In this document: one piece after another, positions 38,187-47,534 of the stretch
How positions within the stretch are numbered: the stretch's first letter is position 1
Layout: each line of letters begins with the position of its first letter
IMG/VR virus record: IMGVR_UViG_3300020595_000045
Span: 1-56,692 of that record
Source: a virus
Taxonomy: Duplodnaviria; Caudoviricetes
Reading direction: 5' to 3' (one strand)
DNA: 56,692 bases
Translations under genes and position numbers: made by a program
The notes under the pieces: generated by a model
What the model saw: the letters and a program-made list of their open reading frames with translations, nothing else
Told to the model about the DNA's origin: nothing
Databases searched by the model: none

Positions 38187-39332
38187 TTACTGTGCGGTAT
38201 CTAGACAGATCACACCGAAGTCCTGTACGTTCCCAGTGATATCACTGTTGTACTTAGGCTTGCGGAGACCAAAGATCTTGCCAATAGAAATACCAGACTG
38301 GTTGCCATAGTCGAAAGTATCTTCGACCATTTCTGGCAGACCGATGTCAGCCATAGCCAGAGCCTGAGCACCACAGAACAGAGCACGTCCACCAACGACA
38401 TTGGCAGCAGCACCCCACTTGTAGCCAGCTGCGCCAGCGTTAGATGAAGAACCAGTAGTAGCGCCAGAAGTGTTAAACACATGACGGAACTCGTGGATCA
38501 TCACGCCATCAACCATCAGGCTAGAAGAACCGGCGAACAAGCTGTTAGAAGCGCCACGTACACCAGCGTTACGAACGTTAGCGATGAAGTCATCGTCGAG
38601 CTTGAGGTCAGCCATCTGTGAAGGAGTAACAAACATGTGGAAAGTTTCCTGGTTACCAGCACCACGAATACCACGGATATATTGATCCTTAGCATAGGCC
38701 TTCAGGTTAACAATGTGCTTGTACTTCAGCTTATCACCAGATGCCAGAGCAGTAGTGTCACCCGCAACAATGTCGTCGCCATCTACGCGGCGGTGACGTG
38801 CAGCAGTAGGAGCAGAAACATCTGAAGCGAACTCAAGGTCAACTAACTCATGGCCAGTAGTACTAGAAGTGGTACGCAGACCGCCGTTGTTTTTGTGAGT
38901 GTATGCAACACCAGACAATGACAAGAATGCCAACTGGTCGCAACGGTCAGCGATTGCGTAAGCAAGTGCGTCGCGTGATTGTTCACGGAAGTTAACAACA
39001 GTCTTCTGGTCGGTCATACGGCCAGCGATGCGGTTAGCGAAACGCAGCTGATCCAGCTCGATGCTGATGTCATACGCGCGGAGGGCTTCTTCGTTGCCTT
39101 CCAGAGTGTTGTCACCAGTGATACCGTCGCCAGTCATGTCAGCAAGCAAAGTGATGTTAGCTTTGGTGCCTTTAGCGTTTTTAGTAAGTTCAGTTACGCG
39201 CTGTACCATTGCGTTTGAACCAGAACCAGCGAACTGGTTGATGAAAGATTGGTTGCGCGCTACTTTCCAAAAGTCGCGGCTCCAAGCTTGGAGTTGGTCG
39301 CCTGATAGCGTACCGAAATTTGTTAAAGCCAT
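38187..39332 (-). CDS. Major capsid protein (DUF4043-like)
   Basis: G.GITGD.TLEGNEE.L...I..DQLR.A, RM..QKT...R; strong AGGAG RBS; followed by a terminator. Confidence 0.85.
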   Translation of the reverse strand: MALTNFGTLSGDQLQAWSRDFWKVARNQSFINQFAGSGSNAMVQRVTELTKNAKGTKANITLLADMTGDGITGDNTLEGNEEALRAYDISIELDQLRFANRIAGRMTDQKTVVNFREQSRDALAYAIADRCDQLAFLSLSGVAYTHKNNGGLRTTSSTTGHELVDLEFASDVSAPTAARHRRVDGDDIVAGDTTALASGDKLKYKHIVNLKAYAKDQYIRGIRGAGNQETFHMFVTPSQMADLKLDDDFIANVRNAGVRGASNSLFAGSSSLMVDGVMIHEFRHVFNTSGATTGSSSNAGAAGYKWGAAANVVGGRALFCGAQALAMADIGLPEMVEDTFDYGNQSGISIGKIFGLRKPKYNSDITGNVQDFGVICLDTAQ

Positions 39333-39556
39333 GATGGGCTCCTAATTAATTGGGTTAAATAATATTTGTGGCACACGCCACTTACTCAGCCGACTTTTTA
39401 GGAGCGGCTAATCCGTATTCCCGTATCGTGGGACAACGAACTAGCGCTTATTAACGAGGAGCGACCTCGACAGGTTTAACGCCTTGTGTAGGCGGAGGGG
39501 TACGTTTTTTACGGCTACGGGCCGACCAGTTATCGTACTGATAGACGTAACATTCA
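39333..39556 (-). ncRNA. Candidate structured 5' leader of the capsid mRNA
   Basis: About 7 short GC-rich hairpins in about 220 nt of non-coding DNA; two ACGATA loops. Confidence 0.5.
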
Positions 39557-39584
39557 TATTAGTACAGCTAATATAAAAGCGCAA
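39556..39584 (-). promoter_or_regulatory. Capsid promoter with overlapping 17-bp operator
   Basis: Minus strand TTGCGC-N17-TAATAT; operator TATTAG-tacag-CTAATA at 39557-39573. Confidence 0.7.
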
Positions 39585-39587
39585 TAA

Positions 39588-40064
39588 CTATTTTAGAGGG
39601 TTAGATAGATAGTCTAGGCCTTCCCAGAGATCGTCGATTTCCCTGGTCACAAGTTTGCTTTTCGCCTCAATATCTCTGATACCCTCAGCAAGTATTTTAG
39701 ACTCGGCAACAGTAGCTTTCATGGTCTCAATCGCCTTATCTAGCTCATTTACTTGGTTTTTAATTTCAAGTAAATCCTTCTGTTGTTCCATGATAGTCTT
39801 GAGGTTTACTCCTAACTCAGCAAGTTTACTTTTAAGTTGACTTACATCATTGTCGGTAAGCTGCTGTTGCATAAGCCCAATAGATTCTTCTAGCGGTTTA
39901 ATATCTGGTATTTCTACGGCCTCTACCGCCGTTAATCGACCGTATAGCGAACTAGCAGTCCAAACACCGCCCCCTAAAGTGGTCGCTAAACTCAATAAAA
40001 TCGCAATATATACCCCTTTAAATGACGTATTTCCGATCTTAAGTTCTGTATCTTCTAAACTCAT
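39588..40064 (-). CDS. Membrane-anchored coiled-coil protein
   Basis: TM GVYIAILLSLATTLGGGVW followed by a long heptad region; start reassigned to MSLEDT (TAATG coupling). Confidence 0.75.
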   Translation of the reverse strand: MSLEDTELKIGNTSFKGVYIAILLSLATTLGGGVWTASSLYGRLTAVEAVEIPDIKPLEESIGLMQQQLTDNDVSQLKSKLAELGVNLKTIMEQQKDLLEIKNQVNELDKAIETMKATVAESKILAEGIRDIEAKSKLVTREIDDLWEGLDYLSNPLK

Positions 40065-40897
40065 TAGCAGTTTTCCTCTGTCATAAAGCACCTGTAACTA
40101 TCAGAGGTAGGCCCGTTTAGGTAGTATTCAGATTGCGCCCCGATAGTCAAAATATCGGCCTCAGTCGCGTACAAGTTTATTCCGAACGCGTCTTGCCCGT
40201 TTAGGAATACAGCGGAGGCACTGTTAGTAGTGTCATACCCCATGTAGACCCATTGCTGAGCAGCATCGTATTGCAGGGAAGAGTTGTCCGCGGTGGTGTT
40301 CGCTGTTTCGAGACCAGTCTGTAAGAAATCAAGTGCGTCACTATTAGCGGCAACGGCTATGAAAGCTGATGCGGTATTAGCATGAGTCTCAATGTCATCA
40401 AGACTTTGGTTGTAGGTATCGACATCTTGCTGTGTGATTTGAAGAGCCTCGCTGTTTGTCACAACGTATTCCTGCAAGGCTTCTTGATCAGCTGGACTGG
40501 TCGCCGTGGAGGCCATCTCACTGACCTCAACTACGGTAACCATGTCAGCGACTACAGCAGTGAAAGTTTCAACAGCCTGGTCCATAAGGTCTAACTCATT
40601 AGTCGCAGCATCTTGGAGGCGCGTTTCAACTGAGCCGTATGGTTGGTAGCTACCTAGATTGGTTAAGGCTTGATTGTAAGCTTGTAACTGTAGGTCACTA
40701 ATGTGTGCTGTAGAGGAAAGACTGCCGTCACTAAGACCCGTGCCACTGTTAGCGAACCCAATAGCCGTCCCAGTAAATTTGACGCCTCGATCTATTTGGC
40801 CGACTAGGGCCGCGGATGTGTTTATAAGATCATCTAGCTGGTTCGCTTGAGCTGCGGAACTTATCACTAACAGAAATGTTATCAATTGTTTCTTCAT
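40064..40897 (-). CDS. Secreted acidic helical protein
   Basis: Signal peptide MKKQLITFLLVISSAAQA; C-terminal Cys pair. Confidence 0.75.
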   Translation of the reverse strand: MKKQLITFLLVISSAAQANQLDDLINTSAALVGQIDRGVKFTGTAIGFANSGTGLSDGSLSSTAHISDLQLQAYNQALTNLGSYQPYGSVETRLQDAATNELDLMDQAVETFTAVVADMVTVVEVSEMASTATSPADQEALQEYVVTNSEALQITQQDVDTYNQSLDDIETHANTASAFIAVAANSDALDFLQTGLETANTTADNSSLQYDAAQQWVYMGYDTTNSASAVFLNGQDAFGINLYATEADILTIGAQSEYYLNGPTSDSYRCFMTEENC

Positions 40898-41486
40898 CAG
40901 ATTCGACACCTATACCAAGTACTGAGTTGTACCAGAGCTGAGTGTCGGTAAGCTTCTTACCTATATCCCCATACTCTGGTATATATAAAGTTGGGTTGCT
41001 CTTCATAAGAAGAAACGCACGTTTCCCAACAACTAGCCTGCCTTGTTTCTGTATCGGGCAGGGCGTTCCTGATAAAAACATCGATTTCCATACGATCTCG
41101 TCCTCGCACATCCTGGCTATTGCTGCAACTTTCATACCCAAGTCACTAAGGGTTTTAGCATCCCGTCTTCGGTTACACTCTTCATCTAACTTATAGCCGC
41201 CTCTAGTCCATCCTAAGACGTTTGTCTGGATACTAGACCCATTGCCCTTGAGGCAATTCTCAAGGCCGTTAGACATGTACGACGGGGCTATAGCTGACGG
41301 TGGGGGCATCCCCTTAGAAGAGCCCGCTCCGTTGTACGTATTAGACACAGATCTATCTTCAGAGACGTTGTTACTACTAACGGTACTGTCGATGTTACTT
41401 GTGTTTAGGGAGCCTTCTTGCTCGTTATTATTGTCGTTAGCCAGACTAGACGATGCCAGTAAAAGCACGCAGAAATATCTATACAT
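40830..41486 (-). CDS. Secreted Cys-containing protein (PPPSAIAP motif)
   Basis: Signal peptide MYRYFCVLLLASSSLA; PPPSAIAP...C...DEEC.R...L..LGMKVAA..RMC...GTPCP. Confidence 0.75.
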   Translation of the reverse strand: MYRYFCVLLLASSSLANDNNNEQEGSLNTSNIDSTVSSNNVSEDRSVSNTYNGAGSSKGMPPPSAIAPSYMSNGLENCLKGNGSSIQTNVLGWTRGGYKLDEECNRRRDAKTLSDLGMKVAAIARMCEDEIVWKSMFLSGTPCPIQKQGRLVVGKRAFLLMKSNPTLYIPEYGDIGKKLTDTQLWYNSVLGIGVESDEETIDNISVSDKFRSSSEPAR

Positions 41487-41516
41487 ATCATCTGAACCTG
41501 CTTGTCTTTTTAGCCA

Positions 41517-41744
41517 TTACACGGTTACCTCAAGGTCAGTTTCGATCCAGACTTTGGCCCCACATGAGAGGGGCTTATCCGGACTGTAGACGACAGTAGC
41601 AACAACTTCTCCCTCTGCTGTGACAATCTCCGCCCTATTGACCTTGCGGTTAGCTTTGTAGTCTTTAACAGTGAGTACGGGCTCGTCTGCGCCTTTGTTG
41701 TTAGCACGTATGTTGTGTTGATTAACGTGGATACGGGTCTTCAT
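41517..41744 (-). CDS. Small conserved-type phage protein
   Basis: IHVNQH.IR.N...PV.TVK...VYSPDKPLSCGA.VWIET. Confidence 0.7.
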   Translation of the reverse strand: MKTRIHVNQHNIRANNKGADEPVLTVKDYKANRKVNRAEIVTAEGEVVATVVYSPDKPLSCGAKVWIETDLEVTV

Positions 41745-41747
41745 ACC

Positions 41748-42038
41748 TCACCACTTTTCACGATTTGCCCAATAGGCCGCGCTCATTTTGCCCTTTGCAA
41801 TGTTCTTAGCGTGTCGCGCCTTGAAGCTAGCGCGCTTCTTACGCATCTTGTCGCCTTCGCCGGCTTTCGGTTTGCCTGCGGTAGACGCACCTTGCTCACC
41901 AAATCGGATGGTTTTGATCTTGTCACCTTCTTTAGCCACAACAATGTGTGATTTCTTGGGGTGACTAGGGGTCCTTTTCGGCTTGTTAAAGCCCGAGACT
42001 CCAGCTCGGGCTAATCGTGGGTCTTTTTTAACTGGCAT
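41748..42038 (-). CDS. Small highly basic protein (DUF5754-like)
   Basis: IRFG.QG...R.SF.ARH...SAAYWA...W. Confidence 0.65.
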   Translation of the reverse strand: MPVKKDPRLARAGVSGFNKPKRTPSHPKKSHIVVAKEGDKIKTIRFGEQGASTAGKPKAGEGDKMRKKRASFKARHAKNIAKGKMSAAYWANREKW

Positions 42039-42049
42039 TTGTCACCTCT

Positions 42050-43060
42050 TTATAAAATATCACCCCGAAGACGTTTTAGCGTTGCTTCAGGTAGAGCATC
42101 GAACTCATCTTCAGTCATTGTGGACAGGTCGAAGGTCTTCTCACCATGCTGTGAGGAGCTTTCGCCTGGAAGTTCTGGGGGTTGAGCCTCTGCCGCCTTC
42201 AATTTCTTGCTAACTTGCGCGCGCTTTTTGGCCAGTTCGTCCGTTTTTTTGGCTTTTCCGGCCAAACTTGGCTCGTTATTGGCCGGATCGTCCAGACCTA
42301 GGTCCGAGACAACGTACTTAACGGCTTTTTGGAGCGCATCTACTGCTTCATAGCCTTTCATTATGAAAGCGTCGCGCAGTTCAACCACTTCGTTGGTGGC
42401 TTCTTCGCTGAACGATTCTGAATCACGGCTAAATACTGGATAAGCCTCTTCCATAGCGTTAGCAGCCTGCTGAAGTGCAGTCATTTGGCGATCTTGGTTC
42501 ACCGTTTGACTCATTTCCTGGCGCATTTCGAACTCTAGCTCGCTTCTTTCGGCTTTTCTGATCTCTCTTCGGAGAGCAACCGCTTTTTCCGTCTCACCAT
42601 CCAGCACCATGTTTTGGTACTCAACTTCTTTCGCATCGAAATCGTACGATTCGGGCGCTTCCTCTGCTTTTTGGTTGGTGGCATTGATCTCATCTAACTG
42701 TTTCTGCAAGGCTTTCTGTTTAGCAAGAACTTCGTCCAAACGTTTCTTAGGAACCATCGGGTTTTTTGCTGGCTTTTCTGCCACCTCTGGCTCTTCTTCT
42801 AGCTCGGCCTCTGGTTCTGTTTCTTCTTCTGTACTTTGTTCATCTTCAGAAACAATTTCCTCGGGTTCTTCGGCAGTTGGCTCCTCTTCGGTGTCCTCTG
42901 CCACAATTTCTTCTTCTTCAGCAACTTCTTCCGGCTCCTCTTCGGGGGTCTCGAAGCTCAAATCAAGCTGAGGCGCGTCATCGTCTTCGAACTTGTCAGC
43001 TCCTGGCATTACATCAAACTGCATAGTTGTGTCTTCGTTTGTCTCGTCTTGCTTACTCAT
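42050..43060 (-). CDS. Capsid scaffolding protein
   Basis: Glu-rich N-terminus, VP..RL.EV coiled coil, C-terminal MTEDEFDAL; directly after the portal. Confidence 0.8.
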   Translation of the reverse strand: MSKQDETNEDTTMQFDVMPGADKFEDDDAPQLDLSFETPEEEPEEVAEEEEIVAEDTEEEPTAEEPEEIVSEDEQSTEEETEPEAELEEEPEVAEKPAKNPMVPKKRLDEVLAKQKALQKQLDEINATNQKAEEAPESYDFDAKEVEYQNMVLDGETEKAVALRREIRKAERSELEFEMRQEMSQTVNQDRQMTALQQAANAMEEAYPVFSRDSESFSEEATNEVVELRDAFIMKGYEAVDALQKAVKYVVSDLGLDDPANNEPSLAGKAKKTDELAKKRAQVSKKLKAAEAQPPELPGESSSQHGEKTFDLSTMTEDEFDALPEATLKRLRGDIL

Positions 43061-45175
43061 CTAAGAACTCCTGTCGTTCCGTTTAGTATTTTGAAAGGCG
43101 GCCGTTGCTAGTTTGGTGGCCGCCGAGGTTTGAGATTGGTTTTCACGTTGTGAGTTATTTAGATCGGCGAGTTCACGGCGCAAATCTAACTGTTCTTGGT
43201 TAATCTGAATCTTGGCTTGTAGTTCGGCCATACGTATTTGTGGATCGACTTCAGTTGCATCCTGTGCCTTCGCGATGTTCAGGGCGGCTTCGGAGGAAGT
43301 CTTCTTAACGTCTGCTTCTAGTTTCGCCATCTCGAGCTGGATCTGCTGCATCTGGATCTGCTGCTGCTGCGCTAGAGCTTCTGCCTGCTCTGGTGTTGGC
43401 GGCTCTTGCCCTGTCATCTGGCGAATTCTCGTAGCCAGTTCACCCTTACGTGCCAAGTGGCTGTATTCGATAATCGCGTCATCAGGCACAACGACGCCGG
43501 CCTGTCGTAGGCTTAGCGCTTCTGCGAACTGAACTTCATCGAAGCTATCTCTCGCTGGAGCCGTGGATACAATGACATCGTACTCACCCAGGGTGAGATC
43601 GTTGATGATGGTGCCTTCGGGAGTTTCCTGGTTTATGACCATAGGCTCACGGGGCTTCATTGGGTCGTCTTCGTTAGTAACTTGGATAACACGCTCTTCG
43701 GTGTAGAACGTCTGGATCAGATTTAGTACGTGCTCGGCAAGGTATTGACGGGCTTTACGTAAGTTATCCAGTGGCACTTGGATCATAATCGCGCCGCGGT
43801 TCTGCTTCGCCTGAATTGCGATACCTGATACTTCTGCGCTGTCTGTACCTAACATGCTGTCGTTAACGCCTGAAATAGTCTTAATGTTCATGGCTGCTTT
43901 CTGAGCAATGCGGTCAAGGCCAGTAGGTATTTGATTAGCCTGTATTTTTGATGGGGGGTTAGTACCTCGAGCGTACTCAAGTACCAAGCCTGTCGCCGCG
44001 CCATGTTCTTCTAGGTCATCGGCTGTCATGCCAACTAATGAACCTGACTCGACCATCCAACCACTATTAGCTGTAGTATTAACGATGTGCAGCTCTTGGC
44101 TAGCGATTTTATTCAACTGCTCCTGCGGAGAGAGAAGGTTACGAATAGCGCCAAACGGGCGGCCGCGTCTGAAGTAGCAAAAGAAAGGTACGATGGTGAA
44201 CTGGTTGTATGGAGACCAGTCATCGTGGAGTACGACTTGGTCACAAGTAACGGTCCAGCGAATTTTGCGAATGACCTTACTAATCAGGTTCAGAGTGTAT
44301 TGCTTTGCAAACTTCTTGTTTTTACTTTCAGACCATGCGTCTGGTGCTTGGCGCTGATCGCCTGTGTTTGGGTCGACGAAGAAAAACGCACGGCTGAGCT
44401 TCTTGTGCTGGCGCTCGACGACGCGCAGTGCTTTCACATTACGGTATTCCTCGTCACCTGGTACGCCTGCACCGAAGTGATCGTCGTTATTTTCTGTATC
44501 GCCGAACCGAGTCTCCTGATACTCCACTGAGTCAGGGCCGAAACTCATGCCATTCTCTGCTACGAATAGTAAACGCTCGGCTTTCTTCTTACCGTAGACT
44601 TCCTCGATCTCGTCAAGGGTCATCCACTTCGTTTCGAACACCTCGTTCCACGTCTTTGGGTCGGAGTCCTTAGCGTCTGGATCGATAAGTATGTCTAGCG
44701 GGTCTTTGGCCGTAATTCGGATTTCGCCTTCGACGTGGTCTGAGAAGTCCATACGTACATCGAAGTATCCTCGGCCATCCATAATGAGGCCGTCAGAGAA
44801 TACCTGCTGCTCCACCCAATCCAACTTGTTGTTATCGGATATCTGCATGTACAGCTTGTTGAGTGTATGAGCCACTTCTTCATCGCCACCTCTTCGAGGT
44901 TTGAATTGGATATCTGCGCGGCGGGTGGATTGCTCACCTAGGATTGTATTAATAGTAGGAAGAATAGTATTAATAGTAAGAGCAGGGCGGCCTTCGTTTT
45001 CTAATGCAGACTCATCATCAGCGTCCCACTGCTCGCCTTGGTAATAGTCGTCGCACTTCTGAGCCATGTATACGTACTCGAGGTGCCCATTATCTCGTGC
45101 GCGCTCATATCGTGCCCACTGCGTGCGAGTGATCTCTTCTTCTTTAGCGGGATTTATCTTCGTTGCTTTAGCCAT
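43061..45175 (-). CDS. Portal protein (P22-like length)
   Basis: YY.GEQW...L...GRP.LTIN, G.IRNL.SPQ..LNK, SG.AIQ..Q, YDV.V, Gln-rich barrel. Confidence 0.9.
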   Translation of the reverse strand: MAKATKINPAKEEEITRTQWARYERARDNGHLEYVYMAQKCDDYYQGEQWDADDESALENEGRPALTINTILPTINTILGEQSTRRADIQFKPRRGGDEEVAHTLNKLYMQISDNNKLDWVEQQVFSDGLIMDGRGYFDVRMDFSDHVEGEIRITAKDPLDILIDPDAKDSDPKTWNEVFETKWMTLDEIEEVYGKKKAERLLFVAENGMSFGPDSVEYQETRFGDTENNDDHFGAGVPGDEEYRNVKALRVVERQHKKLSRAFFFVDPNTGDQRQAPDAWSESKNKKFAKQYTLNLISKVIRKIRWTVTCDQVVLHDDWSPYNQFTIVPFFCYFRRGRPFGAIRNLLSPQEQLNKIASQELHIVNTTANSGWMVESGSLVGMTADDLEEHGAATGLVLEYARGTNPPSKIQANQIPTGLDRIAQKAAMNIKTISGVNDSMLGTDSAEVSGIAIQAKQNRGAIMIQVPLDNLRKARQYLAEHVLNLIQTFYTEERVIQVTNEDDPMKPREPMVINQETPEGTIINDLTLGEYDVIVSTAPARDSFDEVQFAEALSLRQAGVVVPDDAIIEYSHLARKGELATRIRQMTGQEPPTPEQAEALAQQQQIQMQQIQLEMAKLEADVKKTSSEAALNIAKAQDATEVDPQIRMAELQAKIQINQEQLDLRRELADLNNSQRENQSQTSAATKLATAAFQNTKRNDRSS

Positions 45176-45177
45176 TG

Positions 45178-46821
45178 TTATGCGCTCATTGCCGATTTGT
45201 TGCGTTCGCCTTTAAGTAATCCAGGTAGCTTGTCTCGCCATGTAGGTACGTGTTCGACCCTGTCCACAAAAGTGCTGAACTCAGTCATCATCAAACCTAT
45301 CCAAGCGAGGGCATCAACCTGATCGTCGTGCGTGCCATTTGGAAAGCGCAGTAGCTCCGCTATCAAGGGGCCCGTAAATTGTTCGTCTTTAGGGAAAAAC
45401 ACCATCCCCTGTTGCATCCGACCTTGGATTGCTCTGGCTCGCGCCTCTTTATCTCTGCGGCCAGTCTTCAAGTCTTTAAAGTACGCTTCGTATAACCCAC
45501 GTTCGCGGACACGCTTCTCGAGGAACGGTCCGAGGGCCATCTCGATGTGCCCCTTCTCGATACCGATAATCGATGGCTTCCATAGCTCGTACATATCGAG
45601 TATCTGTTCAACTAGTTCAAAACCGTCGAACCTGCCTCGCACCATGTCCATAATAAATAACTGATCGTGCTCATCGACTCCCACAACAATACCTACCGTG
45701 TAGTCATTGCGGTCGTTCTTACCAATCGCCAAATCCCACGCGCAGTAGAACTTCATGCGGTCTTCGTCGATATCTTCGCGATCGTAATAAGCGATCATGT
45801 CTCGGGTGAAGTAGTCACCGTCATCAGCTACTGGATTCTGCTGATACAGGGCAGACCAGTCTCGTGGTCCGACTGCTTTCTCAATTCTTGCTAGAGCATT
45901 CTCGTCGTAGCGCTCTTTGTGTAGGGCTTCACCCTGACTACGGAACTCTTCGTCGACCTCAGCTCTTGCTGGGTAATTAACAACTTCCCACTGCTCACCG
46001 TTGTCTGCTGCGGCTTTAAGTAACCTGCCTGCAAGGTCATCATCGTGCCAGCGAGTAAGGATAACCAGCACGCCGCCGCCAGGTGCGAGACGGGTATACG
46101 CTGTCGAGGTGTACCAGTCCCAGGCGCTTTCTCTGGAGTTCGCGGATTCTGCGTCGTCCCTATTTTTGACGGGATCATCAATAACAAGGATATGAGCACC
46201 CTTACCAGTAATACCCCCACCAACACCGGCAGCGACATAGCCACCACCAGAAGTTGTAAGCCAAGCCTCAGCAGACTGAGACTGAGGATCAAGACGAGTT
46301 TTAAAAGCAGACTTAAACCCTTCCTCACGGAGGAGGCCACGAACCTTACGTGAGAACCCCATAGCGAGTGAACCAGAGTAAGAACAGCTGATGAACTCGT
46401 GTTCTGGGTTTCGCCCGAGGTGCCACGCCGGGAACGCCACCGATGCAAGTGTACTTTTACCGTGCCGCGGAGGCATGAATAGCATAAGTCTAGGAGACTT
46501 CTTTTCGCTGACATCTCTCGAAAAATCCTCTAACCGCTTACATATATCTTTATGTACCCAACCTGCCTGGTAGTCGGGATTAAACCGTTCAACGAACGGA
46601 AGCAACTTGCGTCTAGTCAGGAACCGTAGAGCGAGTTCCGCGCGCGCCTTATCCTCTACTGTTTCTTGGATCGGGGCTTCTGGATCGGGGGTCGCGGGCT
46701 GTGGTTCTTGTTCAGCGATGTCTGCTTTACAGTAGACGCAGAGACGGTCGTCCCCCGAGTACAATGTCTCGGGGTGCGAGTTCTTGCAGCGAATACACTC
46801 GATCTTTGCGACATCACTCAT
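45178..46821 (-). CDS. terL: Terminase large subunit with N-terminal CxxC..CxxC extension
   Basis: MPPRHGKS, ITGKGA...IDDPVK, TRWH.DDL, WDLA, HDDQVDA. Confidence 0.95.
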   Translation of the reverse strand: MSDVAKIECIRCKNSHPETLYSGDDRLCVYCKADIAEQEPQPATPDPEAPIQETVEDKARAELALRFLTRRKLLPFVERFNPDYQAGWVHKDICKRLEDFSRDVSEKKSPRLMLFMPPRHGKSTLASVAFPAWHLGRNPEHEFISCSYSGSLAMGFSRKVRGLLREEGFKSAFKTRLDPQSQSAEAWLTTSGGGYVAAGVGGGITGKGAHILVIDDPVKNRDDAESANSRESAWDWYTSTAYTRLAPGGGVLVILTRWHDDDLAGRLLKAAADNGEQWEVVNYPARAEVDEEFRSQGEALHKERYDENALARIEKAVGPRDWSALYQQNPVADDGDYFTRDMIAYYDREDIDEDRMKFYCAWDLAIGKNDRNDYTVGIVVGVDEHDQLFIMDMVRGRFDGFELVEQILDMYELWKPSIIGIEKGHIEMALGPFLEKRVRERGLYEAYFKDLKTGRRDKEARARAIQGRMQQGMVFFPKDEQFTGPLIAELLRFPNGTHDDQVDALAWIGLMMTEFSTFVDRVEHVPTWRDKLPGLLKGERNKSAMSA

Positions 46822-46824
46822 ATC

Positions 46825-47001
46825 TTAGTAAGGCTTGTATGCCTTAGCTTTAGGTTTAGCTTTAGGTTTAGCTTTAGCTTTAGCTTTAGCTTTAGGCTTG
46901 GCTTTCTTCTTAGCAGCTGCAGCTTTCAGTTTTTTTATATGCGCAGCAGACTGTTTCTCAGTCATCGGCATTTCGCTGTACGTTCTCTTAGTTCCTGGCA
47001 T
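46825..47001 (-). CDS. 58-aa Lys/Ala-rich histone-H1-tail-like peptide (absent from the ORF track)
   Basis: MPGTKRTYSEMPMTEKQSAAHIKKLKAAAAKKKAKPKAKAKAKAKPKAKPKAKAYKPY fills the terS-terL gap almost exactly. Confidence 0.75.
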   Translation of the reverse strand: MPGTKRTYSEMPMTEKQSAAHIKKLKAAAAKKKAKPKAKAKAKAKPKAKPKAKAYKPY

Positions 47002-47003
47002 GA

Positions 47004-47534
47004 TTAGTCGCTCTTAGGTTCGAGGTAGTCGAGGTCTTTACCCGCGATCTTCAACAAGTCTTCGTCGCTCATGCGTTCAAGCTGCTTAGTACCGTTGATG
47101 TTGATATTGATCTGAGGTTTATCTTCTTCTTTGGCCAAGCCGTGTAGCTTGACCAGGGAATCTGTGGTGTTCTTCATCTCAGTGGCGTTTGCCGAAGAGT
47201 TGTACGCTTCCATGTACATCATGTGCGCATGTTGATTGCTGAACTTCACCTCTTCGCGCATCTCCTGACGGAAATACTCTATTGCTTGCTGAACTTCGGG
47301 GACTTTTACTGCCTGGTAGGCAGACTGGGGGGACGAGTACCCCGCACCGCGGCCCGCGGCAGCTGTTGTCATGCCGGAACTAATGAGCGAGACCAGCTTT
47401 TCTTGCTGCATGGTTAGCGATCCGCGGCTTATGCCCATGTACGGCATATGCGATTGGAATTCGGTGTGCTCACTGACTAAGTCAGTGGACGATTGTTCCT
47501 GCTGGGGTGCTAGATCCATAGAACTCTTGGTCAT
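47004..47534 (-). CDS. terS: Terminase small subunit
   Basis: LT.QQEK.V.L..SG.T..AA...AGYS HTH; C-terminal LERMSDEDL; upstream of terL. Confidence 0.75.
   Translation of the reverse strand: MTKSSMDLAPQQEQSSTDLVSEHTEFQSHMPYMGISRGSLTMQQEKLVSLISSGMTTAAAGRGAGYSSPQSAYQAVKVPEVQQAIEYFRQEMREEVKFSNQHAHMMYMEAYNSSANATEMKNTTDSLVKLHGLAKEEDKPQINININGTKQLERMSDEDLLKIAGKDLDYLEPKSD

Noticed and set aside
44946-44978. TATTAATAGTA duplication in the portal gene as an operator
   Set aside because: Encodes TINTILPTINTI and lacks the N5-spaced palindrome
46835-47017. Plus-strand ALALGL membrane-like ORF
   Set aside because: Antisense shadow of the Lys/Ala-rich minus-strand peptide
12469-47417. Many 60-160 aa plus-strand ORFs inside the late arm, and the minus-strand equivalents in the early arm
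   Set aside because: Fully nested antisense to long genes with recognisable motifs; no RBS or motif support
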